Below are positions 1 through 9,489 of a DNA stretch of 64,000 nucleotides, piece after piece. Below the pieces are notes generated by a model, which made no database searches, was not told the origin of the DNA, and was given only the letters and a program-made list of their open reading frames with translations. Each line of letters starts with the position of its first letter. The stretch's first letter is position 1. Position numbers and translations under genes: made by a program. Source of the stretch: Rubrivivax sp. (GTDB taxonomy: Bacteria > Pseudomonadota > Gammaproteobacteria > Burkholderiales > Burkholderiaceae_C); contig JBBAPI010000006.1 of assembly GCA_040400915.1 (NCBI GenBank), positions 704 to 64,703 of the forward strand, in the 5' to 3' direction.

Positions 1-1
1 G

Positions 2-538
2 GACGCTTCATCCGCCGGGGGTTGCCTGCCTCTGCAATTGGCAGCGGCAGGTTGGCATACGGTGGGCCTGCACGGTTTCACCGGCAATATGTTCGACAGG
101 CGTCATTGGTGGCCTCTGATGGGATTGCAACACCAGTTTTTTGGAGAAGATCTGCTGCAAGCTGCCACCCAACGGTGCGGATTGGTGTTCCGCGGAGTCT
201 GCGACGCGGACTTGCTCGACCGCGCGATGCAGGAACTGTCCGGGCCCGGTCGCTTCGTTTATGCGCTGACCTTGAATACGCATATTCCGCTGCCTGCCAT
301 ATCGATTCCGGACGACCTGCTGCCCTTGTGCAAAGTGGCCAAGACCGGAACAACAGTCTGCGAGATGGTTGCAGCGCACGGCGCGCTGCTGGCGCACCTG
401 GCCACCCGATTACGTGAATCGCAGCTCAAGCCATTGGTTGTGGTTGTCGGCGATCATGCGCCGCCCTTCAGCCGACGCGACCAGCGTGAGCAATTCGATC
501 AGCGCTATGTGCCGAGCTACATGCTCCTGCCCAACTGA
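2..538 (+). CDS. Sulfatase/LTA-synthase (phosphoglycerol or phosphoethanolamine transferase)-like protein, C-terminal part, truncated by the window edge
   Basis: The frame is open from base 2 to TGA at 536-538. It has alkaline-phosphatase-superfamily motifs HGFTGNMFDR, TLNTHIP and VVVGDHAPPF and lies beside polysaccharide genes. Confidence 0.65.
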   Translation, partial: DASSAGGCLPLQLAAAGWHTVGLHGFTGNMFDRRHWWPLMGLQHQFFGEDLLQAATQRCGLVFRGVCDADLLDRAMQELSGPGRFVYALTLNTHIPLPAISIPDDLLPLCKVAKTGTTVCEMVAAHGALLAHLATRLRESQLKPLVVVVGDHAPPFSRRDQREQFDQRYVPSYMLLPN

Positions 539-571
539 TCGTTGCCAGTTCATGTGAAGTGGATGCCGGCC

Positions 572-1399
572 TCAAAGCGGGCTATCACGCAGGTAGTTGC
601 GTATCGATGTGAATTCGAAACGCTCTGCCAGATTGGCGACCTTGCGCGGCGTGGTGTAGGTCCAGGAGGCTTGCGCCAACGACTGCAGCATCCCGACCTT
701 TCGGCGGGGCTGGTCTCGATTGAACTCCCATGCGTGACAGTAGATCATGGGGCATCCCTTGAACGAGGTCGACGTTTCGAGCACCTTGGCGAAGAGTGCC
801 TGTGGCGCCAGCCGCAGTACGCTCCCGCCGCAGACCGTGACCCGCCGACCCGCGAATTGCGCCGTGCTGATTGGAATCTCCAGGAATGGATGTTCCGGCA
901 GCCGCCGTGGCACTGTGGATGCCTGGCCGGTAATCGCCCGGAATTCCGTATCCGTGAGGCTCGAATCGAACTCGATGCCGTTCCTGGCGAGCACGTCCAA
1001 AGCCCAAGGGGTCGCTCGCGTGATCGAAAAGGATCGTGCTCGGTAGCCGACGACCTTCTTGCCGGAGATTCCCTCGATCGCGCCCAGCGAGCGCTTGAGG
1101 TCGTCCTCGAAGGAGGCCTCGTTCATCCGGGGGACCAGCTCGTGTGCGTAGCCGTGACTGGCGATCTCGAAGCCGGCGCGGGCTATGCACCTGACAACCT
1201 CGGGGCGACGCGCTGCAACCTTGCCGAGCACAAAGAAGGTCGCATCGGCCTTCAACGCCTGCAGCATGGCGACGATCTTTTCCGTGTTCGGTACGACCTG
1301 ACCCTCATAGGCATCCCAGTCGGCATCCCGGCGAAGCTCGTCCCGCGCGAAATTGTCCTCGATGTCAAAGGTCATCATCAGGCGGGGCTTAGACGACAT
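572..1399 (-). CDS. Polysaccharide deacetylase (NodB-like, DUF3473 / XrtA-system type)
   Basis: Motifs MTFDIED, ATFFVLG, EIASHGYAHE, GYRARSFS, DSS and YCHAWE. Start moved to ATG 1399 (MSSKPRL), which overlaps the GNAT stop. Confidence 0.85.
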   Translation of the reverse strand: MSSKPRLMMTFDIEDNFARDELRRDADWDAYEGQVVPNTEKIVAMLQALKADATFFVLGKVAARRPEVVRCIARAGFEIASHGYAHELVPRMNEASFEDDLKRSLGAIEGISGKKVVGYRARSFSITRATPWALDVLARNGIEFDSSLTDTEFRAITGQASTVPRRLPEHPFLEIPISTAQFAGRRVTVCGGSVLRLAPQALFAKVLETSTSFKGCPMIYCHAWEFNRDQPRRKVGMLQSLAQASWTYTTPRKVANLAERFEFTSIRNYLRDSPL

Positions 1400-2489
1400 C
1401 GAGATCACCCCAGCTGATGTACCAGTTGCTGTCCTGGCGCAGATATTCCTGATCGATGTCGGCGCTGTTGACCATCGCGCCGAAGTAGATGTCCTGCGGA
1501 AACAGCTTGCGCGGAATGCGAATGAAACCAAATCGCCGGTAAATGCCTTGGTTGGGGTCGCCGGGAAGCACGAGCATGCTGATCGCATCGACTGCATGCT
1601 GGCGGGCCAAACCGTTCAGATGCTGGCACAGGTCTCGGGTTGCCGCGGCGTCGCTGTTGCCAACGACCAACTCCATCACGTACATCATCCGCAAACCCAG
1701 CTTCTTGTCGACGCAATAGATGGCGTAAGCGATGCATTTGCCAGCCGATTTCGCCATCACAAATTTGTATTGGAAGCCCGGCTTGCGCAGATAGCGCCAG
1801 TCGAGGTAGCGCTTGTCACGCAGAAGGGCAATTCGCGACGCGCCAAAGGTGCTGGACCAGAGCGCCGCAGCTTCTTCCCCAACAGCGTCGACCTCTTCAA
1901 ATTCCAACACCCCGTTGCGTGCGGCGGGCGTGCTGATCGTTGACCACAGACCCAGCGCCGCGTCGGTGACCGGTGCGAGAACGCTCGAAATCCAGCTGCG
2001 ACCCAACTTTCGCTCGATGAAGGGCTGCGACTTGAGCAGCTTGATATGCACCGGAAACTGGCCGGGCTCCAGCCAATTGAGCTTGGTGACGAAGCCGTGT
2101 ATGGACTGCGAATTGGGAAATCCGAAGACCAGCTTGCAGCCGTCGGCGGCGAGGTTCTCGTAGGCTTTGCGCGCGAGCGCGACGAAAATTCCCCGTCCTC
2201 GCACGGACTTGTCGGTGACGGTGGCGGTCGAAATGGCACCCGCGATCCGTCGGCCGCGATAGGTCATGTCCAGCCACATCACCGCGTAGTGGCCGACGAT
2301 CCGCGCGTTCATTTCGGCAACGACAACGCAACTGTCGCGGGATATCTCGTTGCGAAACTGCCAGGTCCACATCTCGCGGATCTTCGCAACGTCGGGTGTG
2401 TTGGGGTAGTTGTCGCGCAGGAGTTCCGCAATGGCCAGCTCATCGCCGGCTCGGTGAACGCGTATGGTGATCTCGGCGCTTTCAGACAT
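1389..2489 (-). CDS. GNAT-family acyltransferase, two-domain
   Basis: Acetyl-CoA-binding motif TDKSVRGRGIF, then FGFPN; the C-terminal half has RDKRYLDWRY and ends WYISWGDLD. Confidence 0.8.
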   Translation of the reverse strand: MSESAEITIRVHRAGDELAIAELLRDNYPNTPDVAKIREMWTWQFRNEISRDSCVVVAEMNARIVGHYAVMWLDMTYRGRRIAGAISTATVTDKSVRGRGIFVALARKAYENLAADGCKLVFGFPNSQSIHGFVTKLNWLEPGQFPVHIKLLKSQPFIERKLGRSWISSVLAPVTDAALGLWSTISTPAARNGVLEFEEVDAVGEEAAALWSSTFGASRIALLRDKRYLDWRYLRKPGFQYKFVMAKSAGKCIAYAIYCVDKKLGLRMMYVMELVVGNSDAAATRDLCQHLNGLARQHAVDAISMLVLPGDPNQGIYRRFGFIRIPRKLFPQDIYFGAMVNSADIDQEYLRQDSNWYISWGDLDVV

Positions 2490-2722
2490 GGCGCAAGAGC
2501 AAGAATGGGTTTTGCATCGACGTGGGGACCGTGGCGTATCGGTTGGGTATTATGATCTGAGGTGATCTCACGCCGGTCGAGCCTGCACCGGCCACGGCGG
2601 AAGCATCGCGCTTGCTGGGGAGCCGCCCAGCCCAAGCCGTGGCGCTCCCCTTGCCCACCATCCACGTCGCGTCGGTCGACGGCGTTGCCCGCCGCTGGAC
2701 GATTCGACACGTCTGCCGGAAC

Positions 2723-3877
2723 ATGAAAGCTGCAATCCAAGTCCAGATCATCGACGGCATCGGTGCCCACTCGGGCATGCAGGCTTACAACTCGGCACTG
2801 GCCCGCGCGCTGGAAGCGGGCGGCCTGCGTGCCTCGATCTACTCGAACTACCTGGATGACCGGTTTGCCAACCGCCTGGGGTGGATCTTGCCTAACTTCT
2901 ATGTCGGCAGCATCTGGGGCAACATCCGGCGGATGCTGGCTTGCGGCCGCGAAGTCTTCCGGTACGTCAAACGCGTTGATGACGAGGAAACCTGGTGGCT
3001 GCTGCATTTCCATGGCGCCACGCTCGGCAACTTGGTCTTTTTTCTGGCTTTGTCTCTGGCCACCAGGCGAAGACGGATTGGTCTCATCGTGCACGACGTG
3101 ACCTCGGTTCACCGTCGCGAGAACGCCTTCTTTCGCAGGATCAAGACCCTGTTTTACCGCCACGCGCCCCGCGTGGTGATCGTGCACTCCGAAATTGCCG
3201 GACAGCAGTTGCGGGCCATGGGCTACCGCCGAGCTCTGATGCAAACGGAGATCTTCCGCAGTTCGGATGCCGTCGTTCTGCCGGTGCATCCTATTCAGGA
3301 CGGTGAACTGAGCGCGGTCTTGCAGTCGACCCGTCGCCGCTTCCTGTTGTTCGGCTCGATACGGGAATCCAAGGGATTGGACACGGTCCTGGCGGCCCTG
3401 CGCCTGCTGCCGCCGGAGGCTCGAAACGCAACGATGGTGGTGGTTGCCGGGCGGGATTCCGGCGGTGTCATCGGAACGCCCGGACATGAGATACCGGACG
3501 ACGGCTCGGTCGTCTTGCTGAATCGCTTCATCTCGAACGAGGAGCGTGGCGCGCTCTTTGCCTCGACCGACATCGTCTTGCTGCCCTATCGAAGCATCTA
3601 CCAGAGTGGGGTTCTCGACGTGGCGGCGGCACACCGTGTGCCGGTGATCGCTTCGGACCTGCCCAGCTTTCGACACTTTTTCGCGGACTTTCCATCATTC
3701 GGCCGTGTCTATGGGCACGATGCCGGTCAACTGGCGCAAGCCATGATGGATGTGTTGGCATCAGATGCCAGTACCCGTCCGGTCTACACCGAAAGTGACG
3801 TCGCTCGTTACGAGGCCAGTGACCCGGTCTTGTCCTTCGGCGAAGAACTTCGTACCGTGATGCAATCGGCAGGCTGA
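2723..3877 (+). CDS. Glycosyltransferase family 4 (GT-B)
   Basis: Motifs LIVHDV, FLLFGSIRESKGLD and LLPYRSIYQSGVLDVAAAHRVPVIASDLP. Start taken at ATG 2723 (MKAAIQ). Confidence 0.85.
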   Translation: MKAAIQVQIIDGIGAHSGMQAYNSALARALEAGGLRASIYSNYLDDRFANRLGWILPNFYVGSIWGNIRRMLACGREVFRYVKRVDDEETWWLLHFHGATLGNLVFFLALSLATRRRRIGLIVHDVTSVHRRENAFFRRIKTLFYRHAPRVVIVHSEIAGQQLRAMGYRRALMQTEIFRSSDAVVLPVHPIQDGELSAVLQSTRRRFLLFGSIRESKGLDTVLAALRLLPPEARNATMVVVAGRDSGGVIGTPGHEIPDDGSVVLLNRFISNEERGALFASTDIVLLPYRSIYQSGVLDVAAAHRVPVIASDLPSFRHFFADFPSFGRVYGHDAGQLAQAMMDVLASDASTRPVYTESDVARYEASDPVLSFGEELRTVMQSAG

Positions 3878-3900
3878 GCAGCCGGATCCAGCTGTTCAGC

Positions 3901-4995
3901 TCAACGCTGGCAAGCGGCCGACAGGATGGCGTCGTAACGGTCCCAAATCGTCTGCCAGCGGTACTCGGCCCGTGCGATGTCGCCCATGCGTTGCCCCAGT
4001 GCTGCCAAGGCACCAACATCAGTCTTGCCGAGGACAGCGATCAAGGTGTCGGCGCTGTCGAAGTACAGGGCTTGGCCTTGCGTGGTCTCGCGGTTGGTGG
4101 CCACGTCGAAGCAGACGGTGGGCAGCCCCAGATACATGGCCTCGACCAAGGATGGCGCAGTGCCACATCGTGAGTGCGTGTGCACATAGACGGCCGCATT
4201 GGCACGCAGATAGTCCAACTCGCGCGGGTCGTAGATCGCTGGCAGCAGGCGCACGTTGGGCAGGGCCGAGCGCTCTTCGAACAGAGCGCGCCCGTAGGCG
4301 GAGACGTTCCAGTTCGAGACCACCACGAGTTGCCGTTCCGGCATGCGTTCGTACGCTTCAATCAGCAGATGGATGTTGTTGTCCGGCTGCGCCCTTGCCA
4401 CCGCAAGATGGTAGGGCTTGCCGACGAACGCGTACTTGGCGTCGAGGTCGGGCTGGCGGCCGGACTGGGGCTGCACATGGTCACCGCCATAGCGCACCAC
4501 TTCGGCGTCGGCGCCGAAATTGCGCATCAGACTGTCGCGAAGCAGGGTGTTGTCGGCGATATTGGTTGTCGACCAGCGTGACGCGAAGCGCGACGACCAG
4601 AACAGCACCTGGCGCTGGAACCAAGGGAACTTCTCGCGCGTCCATTCGTCGAGGCCGCCGTGGTTGACGACCAGGCCACGCCGCGCCAGCACATTGGCCG
4701 GCAGCGCGAAGCCCACGCCCGGGCCGAGCATGAGCAGCACGTCGGCCGTCATCATGGCGTGCCAGGTGGTCAGCAGGTCGTAGGGCAAAGACTGCCAGCC
4801 ATTGGCGCGCAAGGGCACATGGAGCAGGCGCGCACCGAGGTATTCGTCTTTCCGCTGCTCGGGCGGCACGCCCGAACAGTAGACCGTGATGTCCCAGCGG
4901 CCCGCCAACCCGCGCACCAAGTTTTCAGCCAGTGTCTCGAAGCCGCCGTAGCGAGCGGGGATCCCGTTCGTGCCGACGATCGCCAGCCGCTTCAT
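3901..4995 (-). CDS. GT4 glycosyltransferase with DUF1972 N-terminus (WchF/RgpA-like, probable 6-deoxyhexosyltransferase)
   Basis: N-terminus MKRLAIVGTNGIPARYGGFET, plus ARAQPDNN and GTAPSLVEAM. Start ATG 4995 overlaps the upstream stop. Confidence 0.88.
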   Translation of the reverse strand: MKRLAIVGTNGIPARYGGFETLAENLVRGLAGRWDITVYCSGVPPEQRKDEYLGARLLHVPLRANGWQSLPYDLLTTWHAMMTADVLLMLGPGVGFALPANVLARRGLVVNHGGLDEWTREKFPWFQRQVLFWSSRFASRWSTTNIADNTLLRDSLMRNFGADAEVVRYGGDHVQPQSGRQPDLDAKYAFVGKPYHLAVARAQPDNNIHLLIEAYERMPERQLVVVSNWNVSAYGRALFEERSALPNVRLLPAIYDPRELDYLRANAAVYVHTHSRCGTAPSLVEAMYLGLPTVCFDVATNRETTQGQALYFDSADTLIAVLGKTDVGALAALGQRMGDIARAEYRWQTIWDRYDAILSAACQR

Positions 4996-5891
4996 CCCAG
5001 ATAGCCGGCGTAGTAGTCGCGCAGATACTGAGCCAGGGCGACACGCCAGTCTTGCATCAGGTTCAGCTCGCGGAGGTCGAGCTTGGTGTTGAGAAGACGT
5101 TCGCAATCGGGGCGCGGGGCGAAGTATTCCTTCGCGAAGTGGCTGCTTTCCACGGCGTGCAGCGCCACGCGGTCTTGCAGTCCCAACTGCTTCAGCAACT
5201 CCCCTGCGACCTCGAAGCGGCTGGTCTGTCCGCCGCACACCATGTTGTACAGACCCCAATACTGCTTCTCGATCAGCGCCTTCACATTGCGTGCGAAGTC
5301 GTGGGTGTAGGTGGGTGTGCCGTCCTTGTCGTTGACCACGTAGAGGTCGGTCGCGCCGCCCTTGAGCTGCGCCATCAGCTTCTGGATGAACTTCTTGTCC
5401 TTGCGCGGACCCGAGCCCATCATCCAGCCAGCGCGACAAACGAGGTAGCGGCGCGCGTTCTCGACCACGAAGCGCTCGCCCATGTATTTCGACCGTGCGT
5501 ACACGCCCAGTGGGTTGGGCTGCGCCCAGTCGTCGTAGGAAGACTGGGCGCCGTCGAAGATGCCGGCAGTGCTGATGTACAGCAGCGGGATGTCCAGTTC
5601 GTTGGCGATGTAGACCGCGTTCTCGACGGCCAGCGTATTCGTGCGGTAGGCGTCCTCGACGTTGCTCTCGCAGTACTCCAGGCTGGTGTGCGCGCCCAGG
5701 TGGAACAGGTAGTCGGGCGCGAAGGCGCGCACGTCAGCGAGATAGGCCGCGTGGTCACGGAAGTCCAGCAACTGCAGCCACGGCTCGTTGAGGTCGATGT
5801 CTGTGCAGCGCAGTTCGTGATCGGTGCCGAACTGGACGTGAAAGGCTTCGCCCAGCATGCCGCCGCTGCCGGCGATGTAAATCTTCTTCAT
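4992..5891 (-). CDS. RmlD-like NDP-4-keto-6-deoxyhexose reductase (SDR)
   Basis: Rossmann motif IAGSGGMLG, then HLGAHT, YISTAGIFDG, catalytic YARSK and GTPTY. Confidence 0.85.
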   Translation of the reverse strand: MKKIYIAGSGGMLGEAFHVQFGTDHELRCTDIDLNEPWLQLLDFRDHAAYLADVRAFAPDYLFHLGAHTSLEYCESNVEDAYRTNTLAVENAVYIANELDIPLLYISTAGIFDGAQSSYDDWAQPNPLGVYARSKYMGERFVVENARRYLVCRAGWMMGSGPRKDKKFIQKLMAQLKGGATDLYVVNDKDGTPTYTHDFARNVKALIEKQYWGLYNMVCGGQTSRFEVAGELLKQLGLQDRVALHAVESSHFAKEYFAPRPDCERLLNTKLDLRELNLMQDWRVALAQYLRDYYAGYLG

Positions 5892-5926
5892 GATCGATAC
5901 TCGAATAAGAGGTAGATGGATGACGG

Positions 5927-6868
5927 TCAGACGTTCTCGGTACGCCCCGTCAGCACGTCGATGACAGGCAGCCCGCGGATGATTTCAAGGCGGGCAGGGC
6001 CGCCGATGAGCGTGGGCCGGCCATCCGCGTCGCGGCTTTCACGCACCTTGGATGGTGTGTATCCCGCCGTGCGTGCAAGTGGCGCAATCTCGTCATTGAC
6101 GCAATCATTCCGCACGAAGAATGCATTGACGCCCGAAGTGGTCGTGCCCACGAATGTGTAGCCAAGTCGTTCAGCCAAATGACGGAACGCGGCCAGCGAA
6201 GCGCCGAAATACAGATTGGAGTGGTGGGCCGCGGTGCGAAAGAAATCGGCCCGGTACGGCACCGTGATCGCACGATCGGCGCCGAAAATCGCGTTGTACT
6301 CGACGATGAGGATGCGCGGCTTGAAGCCCGTGATGGCCTCCAGAACGTGGTAGTCCACGCCGTCGATGTCGACCGAAAGAACGCCCAGATCCTGGTCGAA
6401 CCCGCTGCGCGCCAACAACTCGTTGATGTTTTCGCGCGTGATGAAGGCCTGCGTGCTGCCCAGGTCGTAGCGCCAGTTGTCGTATGCTGCACGAAGGCGG
6501 CCGATGGCCACCGGCGAGCCATCGATCACGAATCCTGACCAGTAATCCTTGACCATCAGGAAACGGCAATTCGCCTGAGTGAAGTCTTCGACACCGAACT
6601 CGATGAAGGTACGGTTCGGGATCTCGATGGCCCGCGTGAGCTTTTGCAGGATGCCATCCTCGCCCCACTGAGAGAAGACGCGGAACTCGTAGTCCTGCAA
6701 ATTGGCAGAAATGCGATTGCGCTGGATTTCGGCCAGCGTGTGGCCTTGCAAGGCCTTGGCCTCGTCGAAGTGCTGGCCTATGTTGACGAGCGTGTGGAAC
6801 GAGGTGCGCAGTCGCGTCGAGATCTTCTCCAGGCGCGTCGGTCCTCTTGGGGCGATCGGAACATTCAC
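5927..6868 (-). CDS. Conserved hypothetical protein, FkbM-like SAM-methyltransferase fold
   Basis: Motifs FSQWGEDGI, FIEFGVED and LSVDIDGVDYHV resemble FkbM/Methyltransf_21-type proteins. GTG start at 6868 is uncertain (alternative GTG 6985). Confidence 0.6.
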   Translation of the reverse strand: MNVPIAPRGPTRLEKISTRLRTSFHTLVNIGQHFDEAKALQGHTLAEIQRNRISANLQDYEFRVFSQWGEDGILQKLTRAIEIPNRTFIEFGVEDFTQANCRFLMVKDYWSGFVIDGSPVAIGRLRAAYDNWRYDLGSTQAFITRENINELLARSGFDQDLGVLSVDIDGVDYHVLEAITGFKPRILIVEYNAIFGADRAITVPYRADFFRTAAHHSNLYFGASLAAFRHLAERLGYTFVGTTTSGVNAFFVRNDCVNDEIAPLARTAGYTPSKVRESRDADGRPTLIGGPARLEIIRGLPVIDVLTGRTENV

Positions 6869-7033
6869 GGGGTGGTGTGGGCAATGCCGTTGTTGTTGAC
6901 GGGCGCCGTGGGTGTGGCGCGGCGTTTGAGCCAACCCCGAACGGGGCGGCGGTCTTCGAAAGCGACTGGCTTGATTATCAGCCACTTGGTAGGTCTCGCC
7001 AGAACCCGGTCCACGGACGCGAAGTCTGCTGCG

Positions 7034-8368
7034 TCAGCGATGCGATTCATGGTGGGCAAGCAGCATGGCTACCAGCAGCAGGACGAATTCAGGAAACATC
7101 ACAAACGATCCGGTGACAATGGAGGAGATAGCCAGGTAGGCCAGGTAGGTCTCGCAGGTATCGCTGGTCGTACTGGAGCGTGCGCGCGTGATTCGCCGCG
7201 CATACCGCCACCCGAAGATGAACTGCACCGCGAAGGCAGCGGTACCGATCAGTCCGAACTGCACGGCCATGCCCACGATGCCGATGTCGTCCGGAAAGAA
7301 GTACGTGTCGAGCAAGCCGGCGTAGCCCTCTTCCACCCATTGACTGCTGATCCTGCCGTTGCCCATCCAGGGGTGCTCTTCGATCATCGGCAGCGCCACA
7401 AGGATCTGCAGGGCACGGCTTGCGGCGGACGCGTCGCCGATGAGATCGGCATCCAGCGAGACCACCGCAAAGGCGTCAGCGAACTTGTCGAGGCGCTCCG
7501 ATGTCGCTTCTGGGGCGATGACGGCTGCAACGCCGAACACCGCACCGAGCAACAGCGCAAGCCCGGCGGCACCACGCCACACGCGTGCCCACCCGCCCCA
7601 ATGCAACAACACGACCAGAACGGCGAGGATCACGGATACGGCGAGCGTCCGGCCGCCTGCCGAGCCGAACAGAAACAGAGCGAAAGGGGCAGATGCCAAA
7701 TACCACTGAGGACGTGATTCGCGCAGAGCGCGCACCGCGTAGTGGAACATCGCGTACAGCGTGAAAACGGCGTTGAACTTGAACCGGAAGCCTTCGGTGT
7801 GTCGGTCCTCGATGAAGCCTGGGCCATAGTCGATGTAGTTGACTGGATCCAGCGTCACTGTCATCAGGACGAAGAGCATCAACGTGATCCAGGCACAGGC
7901 GACGAAGGCTCGATCGACGTCGCCGGTGGTGATCAGGCGGGCTCGAACTGCATACAGCACGATCAGCGCGAAGGACGACAACCAATAGCCGCGCGAGGCC
8001 AGGATGCCGAAGACCAACGGTTGTCCATGTGCCCATAACGCCGCCAGGCCTGACCAAGCTGCCATCGCAATGGTCAGGAACAGCAGGTACAGCTCGAACC
8101 CGGGCGTTCGTCCCACCACCTTGGGGTGGCGGCGCATCAAGACAGCCAAAGCAACAGGAGCGGCGACGATCGCCGCTTCCTGCACGAGACCCATAGCCGG
8201 GAAGTACTGGAAGGTACGCGCCACCATCAACAGCCCAATGCTGAGCGCGACGACTGGCCACGGACCGGTCAGCCTTCTGCGCGAAACGGGCCTTTTGACC
8301 GAGCGCGGAACTTCCATGGCTGAAACGGGTAACCGCACGAGGCCGCTTCCGTTGTCATCCCCGTTCAT
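7034..8368 (-). CDS. wzy: Wzy polymerase / O-antigen ligase family membrane protein
   Basis: 444 aa with about 10 hydrophobic segments and a late loop (EEHPWMGNG...DDIGIVGMAVQFGLIG); lies in an operon with wzx and wzz. Confidence 0.7.
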   Translation of the reverse strand: MNGDDNGSGLVRLPVSAMEVPRSVKRPVSRRRLTGPWPVVALSIGLLMVARTFQYFPAMGLVQEAAIVAAPVALAVLMRRHPKVVGRTPGFELYLLFLTIAMAAWSGLAALWAHGQPLVFGILASRGYWLSSFALIVLYAVRARLITTGDVDRAFVACAWITLMLFVLMTVTLDPVNYIDYGPGFIEDRHTEGFRFKFNAVFTLYAMFHYAVRALRESRPQWYLASAPFALFLFGSAGGRTLAVSVILAVLVVLLHWGGWARVWRGAAGLALLLGAVFGVAAVIAPEATSERLDKFADAFAVVSLDADLIGDASAASRALQILVALPMIEEHPWMGNGRISSQWVEEGYAGLLDTYFFPDDIGIVGMAVQFGLIGTAAFAVQFIFGWRYARRITRARSSTTSDTCETYLAYLAISSIVTGSFVMFPEFVLLLVAMLLAHHESHR

Positions 8369-9489
8369 CGCAGCGATCCCTCAGGTTTGGCGGCCAGCCA
8401 ACCAACCTTTACAAGGGCTTTGATGATTCTCCCAGGGGGTGCATTCCCGTGAGAAATTCCGATTTCTGCAAGAACGCCGCGCCAGTCGAACTCCGGAGAC
8501 CGGCGGTTCCAGTCGTACGCGTCGATCTGGGCCTGATGGCGTGCCACCCAGTCGAGTACAGCTGCGCGCTGGCCTTGAACGCACAGTTGGCTGACGATGC
8601 TTTTTCGAAACTCGAAGCTGCGCTTCACCGACTGCGCCATCGTCGACAGCTTCAAACTCTCATTGTGTGAGAAGCGATAGCGCGCAAGCCGCTGGTCCGT
8701 GATGGTGATGCCATAGTGCAGGCAGTAGCGCGCGCTGAAAACGTAGTCGGCGATCGGCCAGAACTTGCTGTTGTAGCCGCCCAACGCGAGTGCAGCGTCG
8801 CGGTGCATCACCACCCCGAGGGATGCATGCACGGGGTTGCCGGCGAGCAGATCTGCAAGCTTGACGCGGTACTCCCCCCCGCGGCCGGCGATCCTGTCGC
8901 CCAAGGCCTTCAGCGCAGCATCAAGCCGGCTTCGGTGGTGCAGCCACGGCTGGTCACCAAAGAGCTCGACGCGACAGGCCCGCATCTCCTGCCCAGACCG
9001 CCGCCCGGCCACGGTGTCCAGCCAGTCGGGCTTCAGCAGATCATCGTCGTTGAGGATGCTGAGCCAGGGGGCGCGCGCCAACTCGATGCAGCGGTTCCAG
9101 TTGCCGAACATCCCGATGTTTTCGCGATTCCGATAGAGGCGCAGGCATGGTGATCGGAAACTGCTCACGACTGCATCGACAGCGCGCGCCCCTTCGAGAT
9201 CCGTATCGTTGTCAACCACGATGACTTCAAGGGCGCAGTCCGAACGTTGCGCAAGCGCAGAGGCGACGGCTTCGCGCAGTATGTCTGGGCGGCGAAACGT
9301 CGGGATGGCGATCGTCAATTCGGGCTGCGCCAGCGACGAGCCGGCTATGACCAAGTCCGATGGTATTTGGCGGTAGGCGGCGTAACAGTCTTCGGGATCG
9401 AAATAGCCGCCACCGATACCCTGCGCAGTCGCAGTCGCTGCCGCACCATCGATCGGCTGGCCATAGACCATGAGTCTTGGAGAGCTCAT
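8365..9489 (-). CDS. Glycosyltransferase family 2
   Basis: Motifs LTIAIPTFRRP, VIVVDND, NIGMFGNWNRCIE and LNDDD. Start ATG 9489 forms an ATGA overlap with the wzx stop. Confidence 0.85.
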   Translation of the reverse strand: MSSPRLMVYGQPIDGAAATATAQGIGGGYFDPEDCYAAYRQIPSDLVIAGSSLAQPELTIAIPTFRRPDILREAVASALAQRSDCALEVIVVDNDTDLEGARAVDAVVSSFRSPCLRLYRNRENIGMFGNWNRCIELARAPWLSILNDDDLLKPDWLDTVAGRRSGQEMRACRVELFGDQPWLHHRSRLDAALKALGDRIAGRGGEYRVKLADLLAGNPVHASLGVVMHRDAALALGGYNSKFWPIADYVFSARYCLHYGITITDQRLARYRFSHNESLKLSTMAQSVKRSFEFRKSIVSQLCVQGQRAAVLDWVARHQAQIDAYDWNRRSPEFDWRGVLAEIGISHGNAPPGRIIKALVKVGWLAAKPEGSLR

